Of a stretch of DNA of 54,649 nt, positions 29,030-41,600 are shown piece after piece; position 1 is the stretch's first letter; the number at the start of each line of letters is the position of its first letter. The position numbers and the translations under genes are program-made. Source of the DNA: Promethearchaeota archaeon (GTDB taxonomy: Archaea; Asgardarchaeota; Thorarchaeia; Thorarchaeales; Thorarchaeaceae); the NCBI GenBank assembly GCA_014728035.1, contig WJMJ01000042.1, forward strand, positions 1-54,649, given 5' to 3'. The notes beneath the pieces were generated by a model. The model saw only the letters and a program-made list of their open reading frames with translations. It made no database searches and was not told the origin of the DNA.

Positions 29030-29740
29030 TTACTTGAAATGATATAACCTGACTGGTACTATACCCAAATATTGTAACTCCCAGTCTACTAATTTTGTTC
29101 TAATCGCAAATACTTCTACTCCATTTTCATATGCATATCGTAATGCATCACCAAAATTTGGGTCCATAGGGTCATTTGGAGAGAATAGCTCAGCATCTGG
29201 CCTCTGAATCACAAATACTACCATTGCATTTTCTACAAGACCATCTGATAATGCCTTGACTAAGTGAAGCATATGTCTTGCTCCTCGTTTAGTTGGAGCA
29301 TCTGGAAAGAGCGTATGTCCCTGCTCTACTAATGTACAAGACTTGACCTCAATGACTGTTCTTCCCGATTCTCCATCAAGTAGAAAATCAAATCGACCGT
29401 TATACATAGATGGTTCTGGTTTAATTGAAGTATAATTATTGATAAATGGTAATTGATGGGTCTCAAGTTTTTTCTTCATAAAGCGATTTGGAAGATTGGA
29501 ATCAATTGATACTATCAAATCCTCATGCTTCACCGCAACCATATCATAATCGGTCTTTCTGTGTTTAGCAGCTGCTTTCCTAAGATATACCGTTTTTCCT
29601 GGGTTTAGCAATTCATTCATTCGACCAGGATTCGGAACGAATACATCAACCTCTCTATCTTGAATCCTCACTTTCCCCAAGAATCTGTTCGGTCTGCTAA
29701 TGAAATGCCCTATAATATAATCAGAAGTCGACTCTTTCAC
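29030..29740 (-). CDS. sfsA: DNA/RNA nuclease SfsA
   Basis: RPNRF, VPNPGRMNELL, RFDFLL, IEVKSCTLV, FPDAPTKRGARH. Confidence 0.95.
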   Translation of the reverse strand: MKESTSDYIIGHFISRPNRFLGKVRIQDREVDVFVPNPGRMNELLNPGKTVYLRKAAAKHRKTDYDMVAVKHEDLIVSIDSNLPNRFMKKKLETHQLPFINNYTSIKPEPSMYNGRFDFLLDGESGRTVIEVKSCTLVEQGHTLFPDAPTKRGARHMLHLVKALSDGLVENAMVVFVIQRPDAELFSPNDPMDPNFGDALRYAYENGVEVFAIRTKLVDWELQYLGIVPVRLYHFK

Positions 29741-29873
29741 ATCCTATTTTTGTAACCATGGGATTATAGAAAAAGACCGTCATTACCGCAGAAAAGAATC
29801 TATCACAATTTCTCTTATCAAGGTACTAAACATTGGTATCTAAAATGTGGATGAATGATTAAGGGGACAAACT

Positions 29874-32800
29874 ATGGAAATCAGGATCCTAGTGGTGGAT
29901 GATAACGATGATTTCAGAAACATCGCCAAAACGTTTCTCGAAAGAGCTGATTCATGTTTCAAAATAGACACAACATCTGATGCTAGGGATGCCATTATTG
30001 AATTACAAAATAACGAGTATGACGCGATTGTTTCTGATTATCAAATGCCTGTGATGGATGGTTTGGAACTACTTGAAGCGATAAGGTCAATGGGAAATGA
30101 TATTCCTTTTGTTATGTTTACTGGTAGGTCTCGTGAAGAAGTTGCAATAAAGGCCCTGAATCTAGGAGCTACTCAATATGTGAAGAAAGGTGGAGATTTT
30201 AAATCTCAATTTACTGAGCTTGCACATATTGTCAAGTCAGCTGTTGAGCATCGAAGAGCATCTATAGCACTGAGCGAATCAGAAAGGAGATATCGGCTTT
30301 TAGCAGAGAATGTAACGGATGTTATATTCACCATCAATCTGGATCTAGAAATGACCTTTGTCAGTCCTTCAGTCGAAAAGGCAATCGGATGGAAACCTGA
30401 AGAGATACAGGGAAAATCTGCACGGCACATTATCGAGTTATTAGATTTCACCATCACAATTCAAGAACTTGAAGAAATAATCGTACAAGAATTACAGGAA
30501 CAAGATACCATTGAAAATCTTGGTCCTCTGCAATTTCAAATCAAACACAAAAACGGAAATCGCATTACTATAGAAATGAAAACAAGTGCTCTTACATCTC
30601 AAGAAGGAAGGACAATTGGAATAATTGGAACCGCTAGAGATATCACAAAACGGGTTGAGACGTCTGAAGCAGCGAAAAAATCCGCAGAACAATACGTAAA
30701 ACTTCTTGAAGCAATTCATGACGCAGTATTTGTTCTCGATAGAGAATACAGAATAATACTCACGAATCACGCTTCTACAAGATCGACAGACGTTCCTCAA
30801 GAACAGCTTATTGGAAAGAAAATTACGGATATATTTCCTCAGCTAGAAAATACAGTTTTTCTCCAAACATACAACAAAGTGATGAATACTAGACAGAAAG
30901 AATCAGTGCTCGGCCCTTTTCATTTTGAGGATGGAAAATATGGATGGTACCAAATAGATGTTTACCCAACTGATGAAGGAATTCTCTGTATCTCACGGGA
31001 TGTTACAGAACGGGAGACGAGTAAAAAAGAGATTGAACGGAAGATTGAGATAGAGCAACTCATCAATCGTATGTTATCCTCTTTCTTCACAGAAGATGTA
31101 ATAGATAAAGCTATAACTCATTCAATTGAGGAGATAGGAAAAACATTTGATGCTAGCTATTGCGCTGTTCGAGTATGGGATAACACAGAATTACCTATTC
31201 AAAAATTCTATTTATGGAGCAAGGATAACAATCTCAACATACATGAAGCTCCAGCTATTCAAGATTACAGCTGGTTAGTGAACCAAATAAAATTGCATAA
31301 TATCTTGATTATTGAAAATATCGGAGAAATTCCAGATACGAGAGCAGAAGAAAAAGCATTCTTTGAAGCACTAAATATTCAATCAGTGATTGCAATGCCT
31401 CTATTTCTAAGTGGAGAATCCTCCTCCGTTATCGGTTTGGGATTTAGTGAAACAAGTCCGCATTCAATTGAGAATGAGCTGAACCTAATTGAACTTGTAG
31501 TCCAGACTTTCAGTGAAGCATTAGAAAGAAGAGCTATCCAAGAACTTCTTGAAATTCAAAAAGAGAAGTACAAGCTATTAGCAGATAATAGCTCAGACAT
31601 TATCATCTTAGCTGATAAGGATCTTCGGATAGAATTCATTAGTCCCTCAGTTGAAAAAATGTTAGGAGTATCACCACAAGACATATTGAATAAACCCCTT
31701 ACTCTATTAATTCATCCGAGGATGCAAAAGGCAACAAAACGAAAAATTGAACAACTGTATCTTGATAATCAAGAGTCTGATGCATATCATTTCGAAATCC
31801 AGATGATGACAGATACAGACCAAGAAAAATGGGGAGAAATTGCAATATCGGTTCTAAATCCTCACACTCAAGATTTTCGTATTGTTGGTGAGATTAGAGA
31901 TATCACAGAACGGCGAATTGCAGAAGAAGAACTCAGAAAAAGTGAAGAAAGGTACAGAAGTCTCATTCAAGGATTTCAGGGTATTGCCTACAGAAGCACT
32001 CCGTTGGGAGAGTTCTATTTCATTCATGGAGATGTTGAGGGATTAACTGGAAGAAAACAATCTGAATTTTTAACCGGTAAGATAAGATTCTTGGATATGG
32101 TGCATCCTGATGACAGAGACAGGGTAAAAGAGATTGGAAGAAAATGCTCTAGAATCCCGGGTTACAAATCTAAAAGAGAATACAGAATTGTCAGTCCAGA
32201 AGGATATATCCGATGGGTGCAAGAATCAATTTCAAATATATGTAATGAGAGCTGGGAAGTCACTCAAATTGAAGGTGTTCTTATTGATATCACTATGACA
32301 AAGCTTGCACAAGAAAGCTTGCGAGAGAGTGAGCAGGTACTTCGAGACCTGTTTCATTCTATTCCAGATCCAGCATTTCTATGGAGAAAAGATGAGAATA
32401 TCGTTTATACAACTTTAGCGAATAAAGCAGCTTGTGACCTTTTGCAAATGGATGATATCAAGGGCATGGGAATGAGGGTAGAAGAGCTGCACAAGTATAA
32501 TCCAGAAATAATTGAGTTAATATACAAGGCTTTTGACGAGGGCGTATCAATTAGAAAAGAATGTGCAACTCAGTTCTCAGGAGATGGCAAAAAAATCTGG
32601 TCTATGCTCGCATTATCTCAGACCGCAGATGGTAGTGTGCTTGAGATATTGACAGACCTATCAGATCAAAGAGATACAGAGATTGCATTACGGGAATCCG
32701 AGAGAAAATATAGAAGCTTTGTTCAGGATTTCTACGGGATTGCCTATCGATTGGACATCGACTTGAAACCGATATTCGTTCATGGAGCAGTTGAAGAACT

Positions 32801-34442
32801 AACAGGTTATTCTGCTGAAGAGATATTTGATATAAGTAACATTTTGCATCCTCTCGTTATTGAAGATGATGCAATTCGAGTTGCAGAGTTTTGGAGCAAT
32901 ATCTTAAACACATCTGAGCCTCAAAGCATAACATATCGAATTCGAAGAAAGGACGAATCCATCAGATGGACTGAACATAGAGTTCATGTCATAAGAGAAA
33001 ACGATGGAACACCAAAATATATTCAAGGAACTACAATTGATGTGACTGAAAAAGTCAAAGCAGAAAATGAACTTCGCGAAAGCGAGGAAAGACATCGAAC
33101 CATCATAAATTCGATGCACGATATGATTTTGGTTTATGATAAAGAAAATCGATTTGTTCAATTCTATTGTTCTGAAAATTCTCCACTATATGGCAGGCCT
33201 GAATTATTCATTGGTGAAAATTCAGGAGTGACCTTCCCCACTACTAAGAATGGAGAAGCTATCTCACTTGTTGAACGAGTTAGAAAAACTGGTAAGAGCC
33301 ATATAATTGATTTTCCAATGAGTATTGATGGTGTGAAATACTGGTTCTCAGCTCAATTATCACTTCATGAGGATGGAGAAAGTATCGTTTCAGTAGTTCG
33401 CGATATGACGAGAAGAAAGAAAATTGAAGAAGCTCTTCGGGATAATGAAGAGAAGTTTCGAAGACTATTTCAAGAGATTCCTGAACCATCAACTCTATGG
33501 GAACTTCAATCGGATGGAAGTATTATTCTGGCAATGGTAAACAGTTCATTTCTGGAAAAATCAAACGGAAGAATTTCAAAGTTCATAGGTACTCCCATAG
33601 AAGAAGTTTACGATTTCTACCCAGCTTATTGTGATGCAATAAAAGAGGTCATGCAGACAGGTCTTCCGAAAACACTGGAACTACCCCTTCACTTTGAAAA
33701 TGATGACAATGGTTGGTTTATCTGCGAGTTCGCTAAAACATCCGATAATCTAGTATTGGTAATCTCAACCGATCTAACTGATATACTGGAGATACAGAAG
33801 AAGCTAACTATCCAAAAAGAAGAATTGAGCAGATTTGCTCATCACATGTCCCATGATTTACGAAACTATCTGCATAATATCCTTGGTTATGCAGTACTTC
33901 TTGAAGATGAATATAATCCAGAACACATTAAGGGCATAGTATCTTCTGTAAATAAAGCTGAGAAGCTGCTGAGTAAATCTGTTGATTTAGCTGATGCTGG
34001 TTTCATTATTGGAACCAGAGAAGAGGTTCATCTGAAAATGATAATGGATAGTATTATCGAAGCTATTGTTCCTGATTCTATTACTTTGGAAATGGAATCT
34101 CTTCCTATTGTAGTCTGTGATCCTGTAAAGGTAGAACAGGCACTTAGTAATATTCTATCCAATGCAATAGATCACGGAAATCCGAATGAGATTACAATTA
34201 CAACAAGACAATCAAACGATGGAATAGCAATTCTCATCAAAAACGATGGGATACCAATACCTCAGGAATATAGAGATTTGATACTTCGAGAAGGTTTTTC
34301 AACCAGAGAAGAAGGAGGAGGCTTGGGGTTAGCAATCGTTCAAAAAGTATTTGATGCACATGGATGGGAAATTCGCTTAGAAGATACTCAGCAGACTTGT
34401 TTTAAAATTTCAATACCTAAAGAAGATCTCGTAGAATTTTGA
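29874..34442 (+). CDS. Large hybrid histidine kinase REC-PAS-PAS-GAF-multiPAS-HisKA-HATPase
   Basis: ILVVDD..VSDYQMP, many PAS/PAC repeats, GAF, FAHHMSHDLRN, NILSNAIDHG, GGLGL. Confidence 0.92.
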   Translation: MEIRILVVDDNDDFRNIAKTFLERADSCFKIDTTSDARDAIIELQNNEYDAIVSDYQMPVMDGLELLEAIRSMGNDIPFVMFTGRSREEVAIKALNLGATQYVKKGGDFKSQFTELAHIVKSAVEHRRASIALSESERRYRLLAENVTDVIFTINLDLEMTFVSPSVEKAIGWKPEEIQGKSARHIIELLDFTITIQELEEIIVQELQEQDTIENLGPLQFQIKHKNGNRITIEMKTSALTSQEGRTIGIIGTARDITKRVETSEAAKKSAEQYVKLLEAIHDAVFVLDREYRIILTNHASTRSTDVPQEQLIGKKITDIFPQLENTVFLQTYNKVMNTRQKESVLGPFHFEDGKYGWYQIDVYPTDEGILCISRDVTERETSKKEIERKIEIEQLINRMLSSFFTEDVIDKAITHSIEEIGKTFDASYCAVRVWDNTELPIQKFYLWSKDNNLNIHEAPAIQDYSWLVNQIKLHNILIIENIGEIPDTRAEEKAFFEALNIQSVIAMPLFLSGESSSVIGLGFSETSPHSIENELNLIELVVQTFSEALERRAIQELLEIQKEKYKLLADNSSDIIILADKDLRIEFISPSVEKMLGVSPQDILNKPLTLLIHPRMQKATKRKIEQLYLDNQESDAYHFEIQMMTDTDQEKWGEIAISVLNPHTQDFRIVGEIRDITERRIAEEELRKSEERYRSLIQGFQGIAYRSTPLGEFYFIHGDVEGLTGRKQSEFLTGKIRFLDMVHPDDRDRVKEIGRKCSRIPGYKSKREYRIVSPEGYIRWVQESISNICNESWEVTQIEGVLIDITMTKLAQESLRESEQVLRDLFHSIPDPAFLWRKDENIVYTTLANKAACDLLQMDDIKGMGMRVEELHKYNPEIIELIYKAFDEGVSIRKECATQFSGDGKKIWSMLALSQTADGSVLEILTDLSDQRDTEIALRESERKYRSFVQDFYGIAYRLDIDLKPIFVHGAVEELTGYSAEEIFDISNILHPLVIEDDAIRVAEFWSNILNTSEPQSITYRIRRKDESIRWTEHRVHVIRENDGTPKYIQGTTIDVTEKVKAENELRESEERHRTIINSMHDMILVYDKENRFVQFYCSENSPLYGRPELFIGENSGVTFPTTKNGEAISLVERVRKTGKSHIIDFPMSIDGVKYWFSAQLSLHEDGESIVSVVRDMTRRKKIEEALRDNEEKFRRLFQEIPEPSTLWELQSDGSIILAMVNSSFLEKSNGRISKFIGTPIEEVYDFYPAYCDAIKEVMQTGLPKTLELPLHFENDDNGWFICEFAKTSDNLVLVISTDLTDILEIQKKLTIQKEELSRFAHHMSHDLRNYLHNILGYAVLLEDEYNPEHIKGIVSSVNKAEKLLSKSVDLADAGFIIGTREEVHLKMIMDSIIEAIVPDSITLEMESLPIVVCDPVKVEQALSNILSNAIDHGNPNEITITTRQSNDGIAILIKNDGIPIPQEYRDLILREGFSTREEGGGLGLAIVQKVFDAHGWEIRLEDTQQTCFKISIPKEDLVEF

Positions 34443-34516
34443 GTACAGATCATTCCTTGAAAGGTAGTCAAGGCAAAATATCGAACATGTAAATCTATTA
34501 TTAGGTTGATTAGACT

Positions 34517-35620
34517 TCAAAGATATTGTGTGAGGGTCATTTGATTACTTATCTGATGTAATGAGGAAACTTTGACTCCGATTAATCGAATAGCTTTGAG
34601 AGGATTTCTATTTTGATCGAATAGATTACAAGCGATGGAACTTAAGGTATGTATATCATCACAATAACGTGGTATAGTTCTACTTCTTTGAACAGTCGTA
34701 TAATCAGCATATCGTATTTTAACAGTCACCGTTTTGAAGGCTAACTCTTTCATGTGTAATTTTTTTGTTATTTTCTTGCAAATCCGAACGATATAGTTGT
34801 TTATGATTTCGGGTAAATCTGGATCGATATCCTTCATGAATGTTTTATCTTTACTGATGGATTTTCTAACACGTGGTCCATTATCTAGTAAAGGACGAGT
34901 ATCAATCCCAGATGCACGGTTAAGCAGCCATTTCGATGACTTACCCATAATAGGCCAGAGTTCGGTTAGACTCATTTTTTGAATTTGTCCTAATTTTTGA
35001 ATTCCAAAATCTTTCAATCGAGCAGCAGTTTTTTTACCAACACCGTGTAGTGCTTGAACATCTAAGGGAGCTAGAAACTCTATTATATCCCTGGGATTAG
35101 GTCCAACTAATGTTATTCCTCTTGGTTTCTTCATTCCCGCAGCAATCTTAGCTACTGACATATTTGGAGCAATACCAATAGAACAGGGGAGAGAAGTTTC
35201 TTGCTTAACAGCTGCTTGAAGGTCCTGAGCTAAAAATATAGGATTCCCATATTCACAAGTTCCCTCTGTGACCTCAATATATGCTTCGTCAATACTCGCT
35301 CTACGTAATCTACCCTCATCTGAATATTCTCTTAAGACATCCATAAATTCATTTGAAGCTACAACATAATTCGAAAACTCCCCATTTACAAATGCAGCTT
35401 CGGGACATAAACGATATGCTTTGGAAACAGGCATACCCGAATGAATACCATATGCTCTAGCCTCATAAGAAACAGCACGAACAACACCACGCCCATTACC
35501 CTTTTTGGGATCGTGTCCAACACATACAGGTCTTCCAATGAGCTCTGGATGATTACGATATTGCTCTACAGATGCAAAAAAGGCATCCATATCAATGAGC
35601 ATTATCCATCTATTTTCCAC
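34517..35620 (-). CDS. dinB: DNA polymerase IV (Y family)
   Basis: IDMDAFFASVEQ, SYEAR, SIDEAY, GVGKKT, little-finger domain IRLIGV. Confidence 0.95.
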   Translation of the reverse strand: MENRWIMLIDMDAFFASVEQYRNHPELIGRPVCVGHDPKKGNGRGVVRAVSYEARAYGIHSGMPVSKAYRLCPEAAFVNGEFSNYVVASNEFMDVLREYSDEGRLRRASIDEAYIEVTEGTCEYGNPIFLAQDLQAAVKQETSLPCSIGIAPNMSVAKIAAGMKKPRGITLVGPNPRDIIEFLAPLDVQALHGVGKKTAARLKDFGIQKLGQIQKMSLTELWPIMGKSSKWLLNRASGIDTRPLLDNGPRVRKSISKDKTFMKDIDPDLPEIINNYIVRICKKITKKLHMKELAFKTVTVKIRYADYTTVQRSRTIPRYCDDIHTLSSIACNLFDQNRNPLKAIRLIGVKVSSLHQISNQMTLTQYL

Positions 35621-35832
35621 TTAACTCACCATATAACATTCAAGATATCATATCTATCAGGTTTTTTTCCAGTACAAGTTCAAGTAAAAGAACAAATAAA
35701 GCCCAGAGAGATACCCGTAACTATTCAACTCTCAGGAAAACTATAGGCATCTAACCAACATAGCTTTATACTTGAGATTCTCTATTGTTGTAATTGGCCA
35801 CCCATCATTCTAATACAAAAGGATGTTAAATT

Positions 35833-38583
35833 TTGACACAAAGAGAACAATCTCAACCTCGTGGGTCTGAGAAAATGTCACATCCAATTCCGAAGTGGAG
35901 TATTATAGCTTCATCCCTGCATGATGGTTTTGCAATTATAAATGAAGATAATGAAATAGTATTTGCTAACTCTAGTTTAGCTGTAATGTTAGATACTACA
36001 ATAGAGAACTTGCTTGGTAAGAAAATTTTTGAAATTATGACTTCAGAAAGCAGGAAAATTGTTGCTCACAATATCCAAACTAGACGTGTTGGTAAATCTA
36101 GTCAATATGAAGTAGAGTTAAAAAAATCTGAAGAGGAGTCTGTTCCAGTTATTATTTCAGGTTCTCCAATATTTGATGAGAGTGGACATCACAAAGGATC
36201 TTTTGCGGTACTAACAGACATTACAAGGATAAGAGAAACAGAATTATCTCTCATGAAAAGTGAAAAGAAATTTCATCAAGTATTAGCAAATTCTCCTGAT
36301 ATTATCTATAGGACGAATCTGGAAAGTCAACAATTTGACTTCATTAGTCAAGCTTCGAAATTGATTCTTGAATTTGATCCTGAAGAAGTATTAGAAATGG
36401 GTACTACAGGTCTAATGGAAAGAGTACACCCTCATGACAAGCATCTACTTGAGAAATACCGGTTTTTTCAATCAGAATCCCCGGAGGATATAACCGGATC
36501 TCATATTCTGGAATATCGGATTCGAAAAAAGAGTGGAAAATATATCTGGGTAAGCGATGCTCACAAAGTTGTACCTGATGAATCAGGACAACCAGAATAC
36601 ATCATTGGAAACATTAGAGATATCTCAAAATATCGAGATGCACAAGATGCACTAACTAAGACTGAAATTCTAATGTCGAATGTGTTTGCTAGTATTCAAG
36701 ATGGCATTAGTATATTGGATAATCAAATGAGAATTGTTCAAGTCAATCCAACAATGGAAACATGGTACAAACATAGCATGCCATTGATAGGGAAAAAATG
36801 CTACAAAGCATATCAAGGGAGAGATCAGCCCTGTGTTATTTGCCCAACTATTCAGTCAATGAGGGATAAAACAGCAAATCGTGAAATTATCCCCTACATA
36901 GGGGGAGCGGGAGAGGTTATCGGTTGGTTCGAATTGTATAGCTTTCCTTTAATTGACCAACGCACTCAAGACATTACTGGAATTATTGAATATGTTAGAG
37001 ACGTTACTGAGAGAGAAAAGGCTGAAGACATCCTTAGAGCTCAACGAGACTTAGGAGTTGCAGTATCAGGTAAACTCTCATACCAAGAAAACTTGCAAAC
37101 AATCTTAGATATCATTATCCGAGTGACTGATAATGATTCAGGTGGCCTCTATCTCATCAATAAGGAAACTGGAAACCTTGAAATGCAATGTTCTAAGGGG
37201 CTCTCTCAAGAATTCATTAATGCAACATCTACATATACTGCAGACTCGGACAGAATGAAATTAATACAAAAGGGGAAGGTTCTATATTTTGATTATTTGG
37301 CAATGGAAGATAGAAGAGAAGCAGTAATCAGAAACGAAGGTATTCGTTCATTTACCAGTATCCCATTAAAAATAGATAATGAAGTGATTGGTTGTCTTAA
37401 CATCACATCACATAATCAGACCAGTGTTTCAAATTATACAAGACAGGTAATAGAGATACTTACACCTCAAATAATGGGACTACTAGTAAGAATTCAAGCA
37501 GAGGAAAACACAAGAAAATCAGAAACAATGTATAAATTGCTCTCTGAAAGAAGTCTTCAAGGATTGGTAATCTTACAGAACGATTCGATCCTTTTTTGTA
37601 ACACTGCATTTTGTGAAATAATTGGATATTCTCAAGAGGAAATATCGAGATTTACAGCTGAAGACTTGTGGCAATTAATACCAGATAATGAACGCAAAGA
37701 AATTCAAGATATAGTAGTCAATAACTCGATACAGCCTGGCGAATCCAAATTTTCAAGGATATCACTCATTCATAAAGATGGAAGTATAAGACATGTAGAA
37801 TCGTTTGTGACTCTAATTGAGATAAATGAAAAAATAATTACACAAATTGTAATAGTAGATATTTCAGATAGAGTGCAAGCTCAAATGCAGTTAAGTAACG
37901 CACGAGATAGAGCACTGTTATACCTAGATCTAATGGCACATGATATTAGAAATCAGCTGCAAGTAATCCTTGGTGCTGTTCAAACTGTAGCTGAAATCAG
38001 TGATGATGAGAAAATCATTGACATCGTTGCGATTGCAGAGGATGGCACGAAAAGATGTTCTAAAATAATTAGTAAAGTAAAATCAAGTGAAAAGCTTGAA
38101 CTTGTAGGTCTCAAATGTGAAAGAATAGATATAATCCTGAAGAAGGCAATAACTGATTTCAAGTCAGATAATCCATCAATAGAAATTAAGACGGATTTGA
38201 CGAATTCTCCATTATGGTCGTATATTGACCAATTTTTTGTGTCGGTGATTCAAAATATATTGGAAAATGCTATTGTTCACAATCCTCAGCCAGACTCAGA
38301 AAAACGCATATGGATCAGAGTACAATCACAGCAAAAAGGGTGTGAGATTTCAATTTCTGACAATGGAAAAGGAATTCCAGATTCTCAGAAGGATTCACTT
38401 TTTGATATGCAAAGACGCTTTGGAGGTGTATCACTACACCTGATACGTCAAATTATTGAGAAATACGGAGGAAAAATCAAAGTTCAGGATAGACTCCCAG
38501 GAGAACCAGAAAAAGGGACTGAATTTCTTCTATGGATTCCCACAGAAATTCATAAATTGCAGGGAGGTAAAGAAGTTTCATAA
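35833..38583 (+). CDS. PAS/GAF sensor histidine kinase (start may be ATG 35875)
   Basis: PAS x3, GAF, PAS, H-box YLDLMAHDIRN, NILENAIVH, DNGKGI, degenerate G2 box GGVSL. Confidence 0.9.
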   Translation: MTQREQSQPRGSEKMSHPIPKWSIIASSLHDGFAIINEDNEIVFANSSLAVMLDTTIENLLGKKIFEIMTSESRKIVAHNIQTRRVGKSSQYEVELKKSEEESVPVIISGSPIFDESGHHKGSFAVLTDITRIRETELSLMKSEKKFHQVLANSPDIIYRTNLESQQFDFISQASKLILEFDPEEVLEMGTTGLMERVHPHDKHLLEKYRFFQSESPEDITGSHILEYRIRKKSGKYIWVSDAHKVVPDESGQPEYIIGNIRDISKYRDAQDALTKTEILMSNVFASIQDGISILDNQMRIVQVNPTMETWYKHSMPLIGKKCYKAYQGRDQPCVICPTIQSMRDKTANREIIPYIGGAGEVIGWFELYSFPLIDQRTQDITGIIEYVRDVTEREKAEDILRAQRDLGVAVSGKLSYQENLQTILDIIIRVTDNDSGGLYLINKETGNLEMQCSKGLSQEFINATSTYTADSDRMKLIQKGKVLYFDYLAMEDRREAVIRNEGIRSFTSIPLKIDNEVIGCLNITSHNQTSVSNYTRQVIEILTPQIMGLLVRIQAEENTRKSETMYKLLSERSLQGLVILQNDSILFCNTAFCEIIGYSQEEISRFTAEDLWQLIPDNERKEIQDIVVNNSIQPGESKFSRISLIHKDGSIRHVESFVTLIEINEKIITQIVIVDISDRVQAQMQLSNARDRALLYLDLMAHDIRNQLQVILGAVQTVAEISDDEKIIDIVAIAEDGTKRCSKIISKVKSSEKLELVGLKCERIDIILKKAITDFKSDNPSIEIKTDLTNSPLWSYIDQFFVSVIQNILENAIVHNPQPDSEKRIWIRVQSQQKGCEISISDNGKGIPDSQKDSLFDMQRRFGGVSLHLIRQIIEKYGGKIKVQDRLPGEPEKGTEFLLWIPTEIHKLQGGKEVS

Positions 38584-38651
38584 AACCAATGTGTTTTTTA
38601 GTACAGAACGAGTTGGAGTATTGAACTCTTGTTGGAAGGGGTATTATCACT

Positions 38652-41600
38652 TTGCATTTGAATGTTAATCTATTGATTGTCGATGATGACGACACTGCAC
38701 TTCTAATAGCAAAGAAATTTCTAGAAAAAGAAAAAGGATTTACAATATACACAGCTGATTGTGTGAAAGAAGGGTTAAAAATCATTAATCGAGTACGAAT
38801 CGATGCAATAATATCAGACTATCAAATGGATGAGCATACGGGACTTGATTTCCTTAGAATGCTCAGAAACACAGAATCTAAAATCCCTGTAATTATATTT
38901 ACAGCTCATTCAAGGGAGCAAGTTGCAATTGAAGCTCTAAATCTTGGTGCAGACTATTATGTAAAGAAAGAAGGGAATATAAAAACGCAATTCCTGGAGC
39001 TGGCTCATCTTGTTCGCACCGCGGTTTCTCATAGAAGAGCAGAGATACAACTCAAACGAGCTCACGATGAACTTGAAAGGAGAGTCACCAAAAGAACACA
39101 AGAATTAGTCAAAGCAAATCGTCAGCTGCAACAAGAGATAGAAGAGAGGGTAAAAACCGAGAAAGTCCTAGAAGAATCATTGGATAAAATAAAAGAAAAA
39201 GACCTCCTTCTCTCGACAATATTTTCTACTACACCAGACTTGATTTTCGTAAAAGATAGTGACCATAGATACGTAATCGTCAACAAAGCTTATGCAGACT
39301 TCTATAGAAAAAAACCCCATCAAATTATTGGTAGGACATTTGAAGAACTAGGAGAAAAATTCAGAACCAAATCAGAGGTAGAAAGGATAAAGAAACAAGA
39401 TTTAGAAGTATTGGAAAAAAAACTACCAATATACATTGCTGAACAAAAAGTAACGAGTCCAAGTGGTTCAATAAGATATTTTCAGACCACAAAATATCCC
39501 ATTTCAACAGCGGACTATCCTGAAGCAATACTAGGCATTTCAGTTGATGTCACCGAGAGCAAAATAGCAGCTGATATAATTTCTCGAAGGCTCAAATATG
39601 AAAAAACAATTTCGCAGTGCTCAAAGCATCTACTCACATCAAATCATACAGGAATGACGCCTATAGAACGGTCCATCGACTTGCTCATTTATGCAATAGG
39701 GGTTGAACGTGGTTATCTGTTTCTTTTCGATCCAAGTAGTAATAATGCTACGTTAGAGATAGAAGTCTTGAAAGACAAGGCACTTGCATGGACAACAGTT
39801 CTAGATCAACCAGTTATTTTAACTAAGAGTCACATGAAGAAATGGATTCAACATTTATCTAAGGGTTCATTAGTTGCAGGCTCTATTCGAGAACTTGATA
39901 GAAAAGAAAGAGCATTATTTACACCAGTAGAGGGAGGTTATTTCATCTTACTTCCTATTTTCATTAATCAGGAAGTAGGGGGAATACTTGGATTGGATAC
40001 CAGAAGCGAAAGAAACTGGTCGGATTCAGATATCAGAATGCTCCGAACCATTACAGAAATGATTGGATCTTTTCTTGAGAACCAAGTTGCAACAGAAGCC
40101 CTTAAACATAATGAAGAAAAATATCGTAGATTGCATGATACGATGAAACAAGGAGTAGTGTATTATAATTCGGACCACCAAATCATATCTGTGAATCAAG
40201 CTGCTCTTGACATCTTGGGAGTTAATGAAGATTCTATTCTTGGAAAAGAAGGAAGTAAGATCAACTTTGAATTTGTGGACCGAGAAGGAAATCCATTACC
40301 ATATGAAAATAGAACCTTCTATGAAGCATTCACAACAGGAAAAACCGTAAAGAATAGAATAGTTGGATTTCGAACAGAGAAGGGTATCAAATGGCTTTCA
40401 GTTACATCTGTTCCATTGTTTAATGGAGAATCCACCAAGCCGTATCAGGTACATTCGATTTTTGAAGATATTACAGAACAGAAACGGTCAATTTCGGTAC
40501 GTAGAGAAAGAGAAGCATTTAGAATTATGATGGAAAGTTACGGAGCAACCGATAATCTTGAAGATCTCTGTCAAAAGATACTTCAGAAACTTACACATTT
40601 GCTTGATTTCGATTCAGGTATCGTACGACTGAATATCGATGAAGACAAAATCATGCATCCTGTTGCGGTAAGTGGAAATCATCCAGGGGTTAGCAAAATT
40701 ACAGAAATCATTGAAAAATCTAAATGTCTGGATAAGTTACAATTTAAAGACGCCCATGAATCAATCTATATATCAGATATTACGAATGATGAGATACCAC
40801 ACGACACCCATTTGAAACAACTCTTGAAAGAAGGTGCATACTTTGGATATTCTTTATACAATTCTGTTGATGAATTGATTGGATACTTTGCCCTTACATC
40901 AAAAAAAACAAAACCATCAACTACTGACGAGAAACACTCTCTAGAAACAATTGCTCAAATGTTGCAGACAATAATTGAAAAAAGATTAGCAGATCATCAG
41001 ATTTCTCAAAATGTAGAAACATTACAAGCCATTCAAAAATCTCTCAAGCAAGAGAGAGATTATCTATCAACCCTCCATGATGCTTTACCTGATGTAGTTT
41101 TCACTGTTCGATTTCCAAACTTTGAAATCGAGTATTCAAATTCACGAGTATTGGGAACTTTTGGGTATCATCCTCAGGAAGTAATTGGACAACATCAAAG
41201 AATCCTATTTGCAAATGGAGAGGATGCAAAACGGTTTGAGAAATTTACTGAAAATGCAAATCTCTATAATGGGATGTCAATCTCATCAGAGGAATTAATG
41301 GTATCAAAAGACGGAACTATTTTTCCAGTGGAAATAATAATAACAGTAATTGAAAAGAATTCAGTTATTTCGAAGCTAGTATACATTGTCCGAGATATCA
41401 CTGATAAGAAGCGAGTCGAAAAGTTGGAAAAAGTACAAATCGATTTGGGTATTGCCCTTGCGGGATCAATATCTCTTGATGAAGCATTCAAGCAGTTTAC
41501 TCAAGCTGCGATAGAAGTAGCACATATGGACCATGGCGGGATATATATCCTGAAAGAAAGTAAGGGATTGGAACTATCATATCAAGAAGGACTGCCTAGC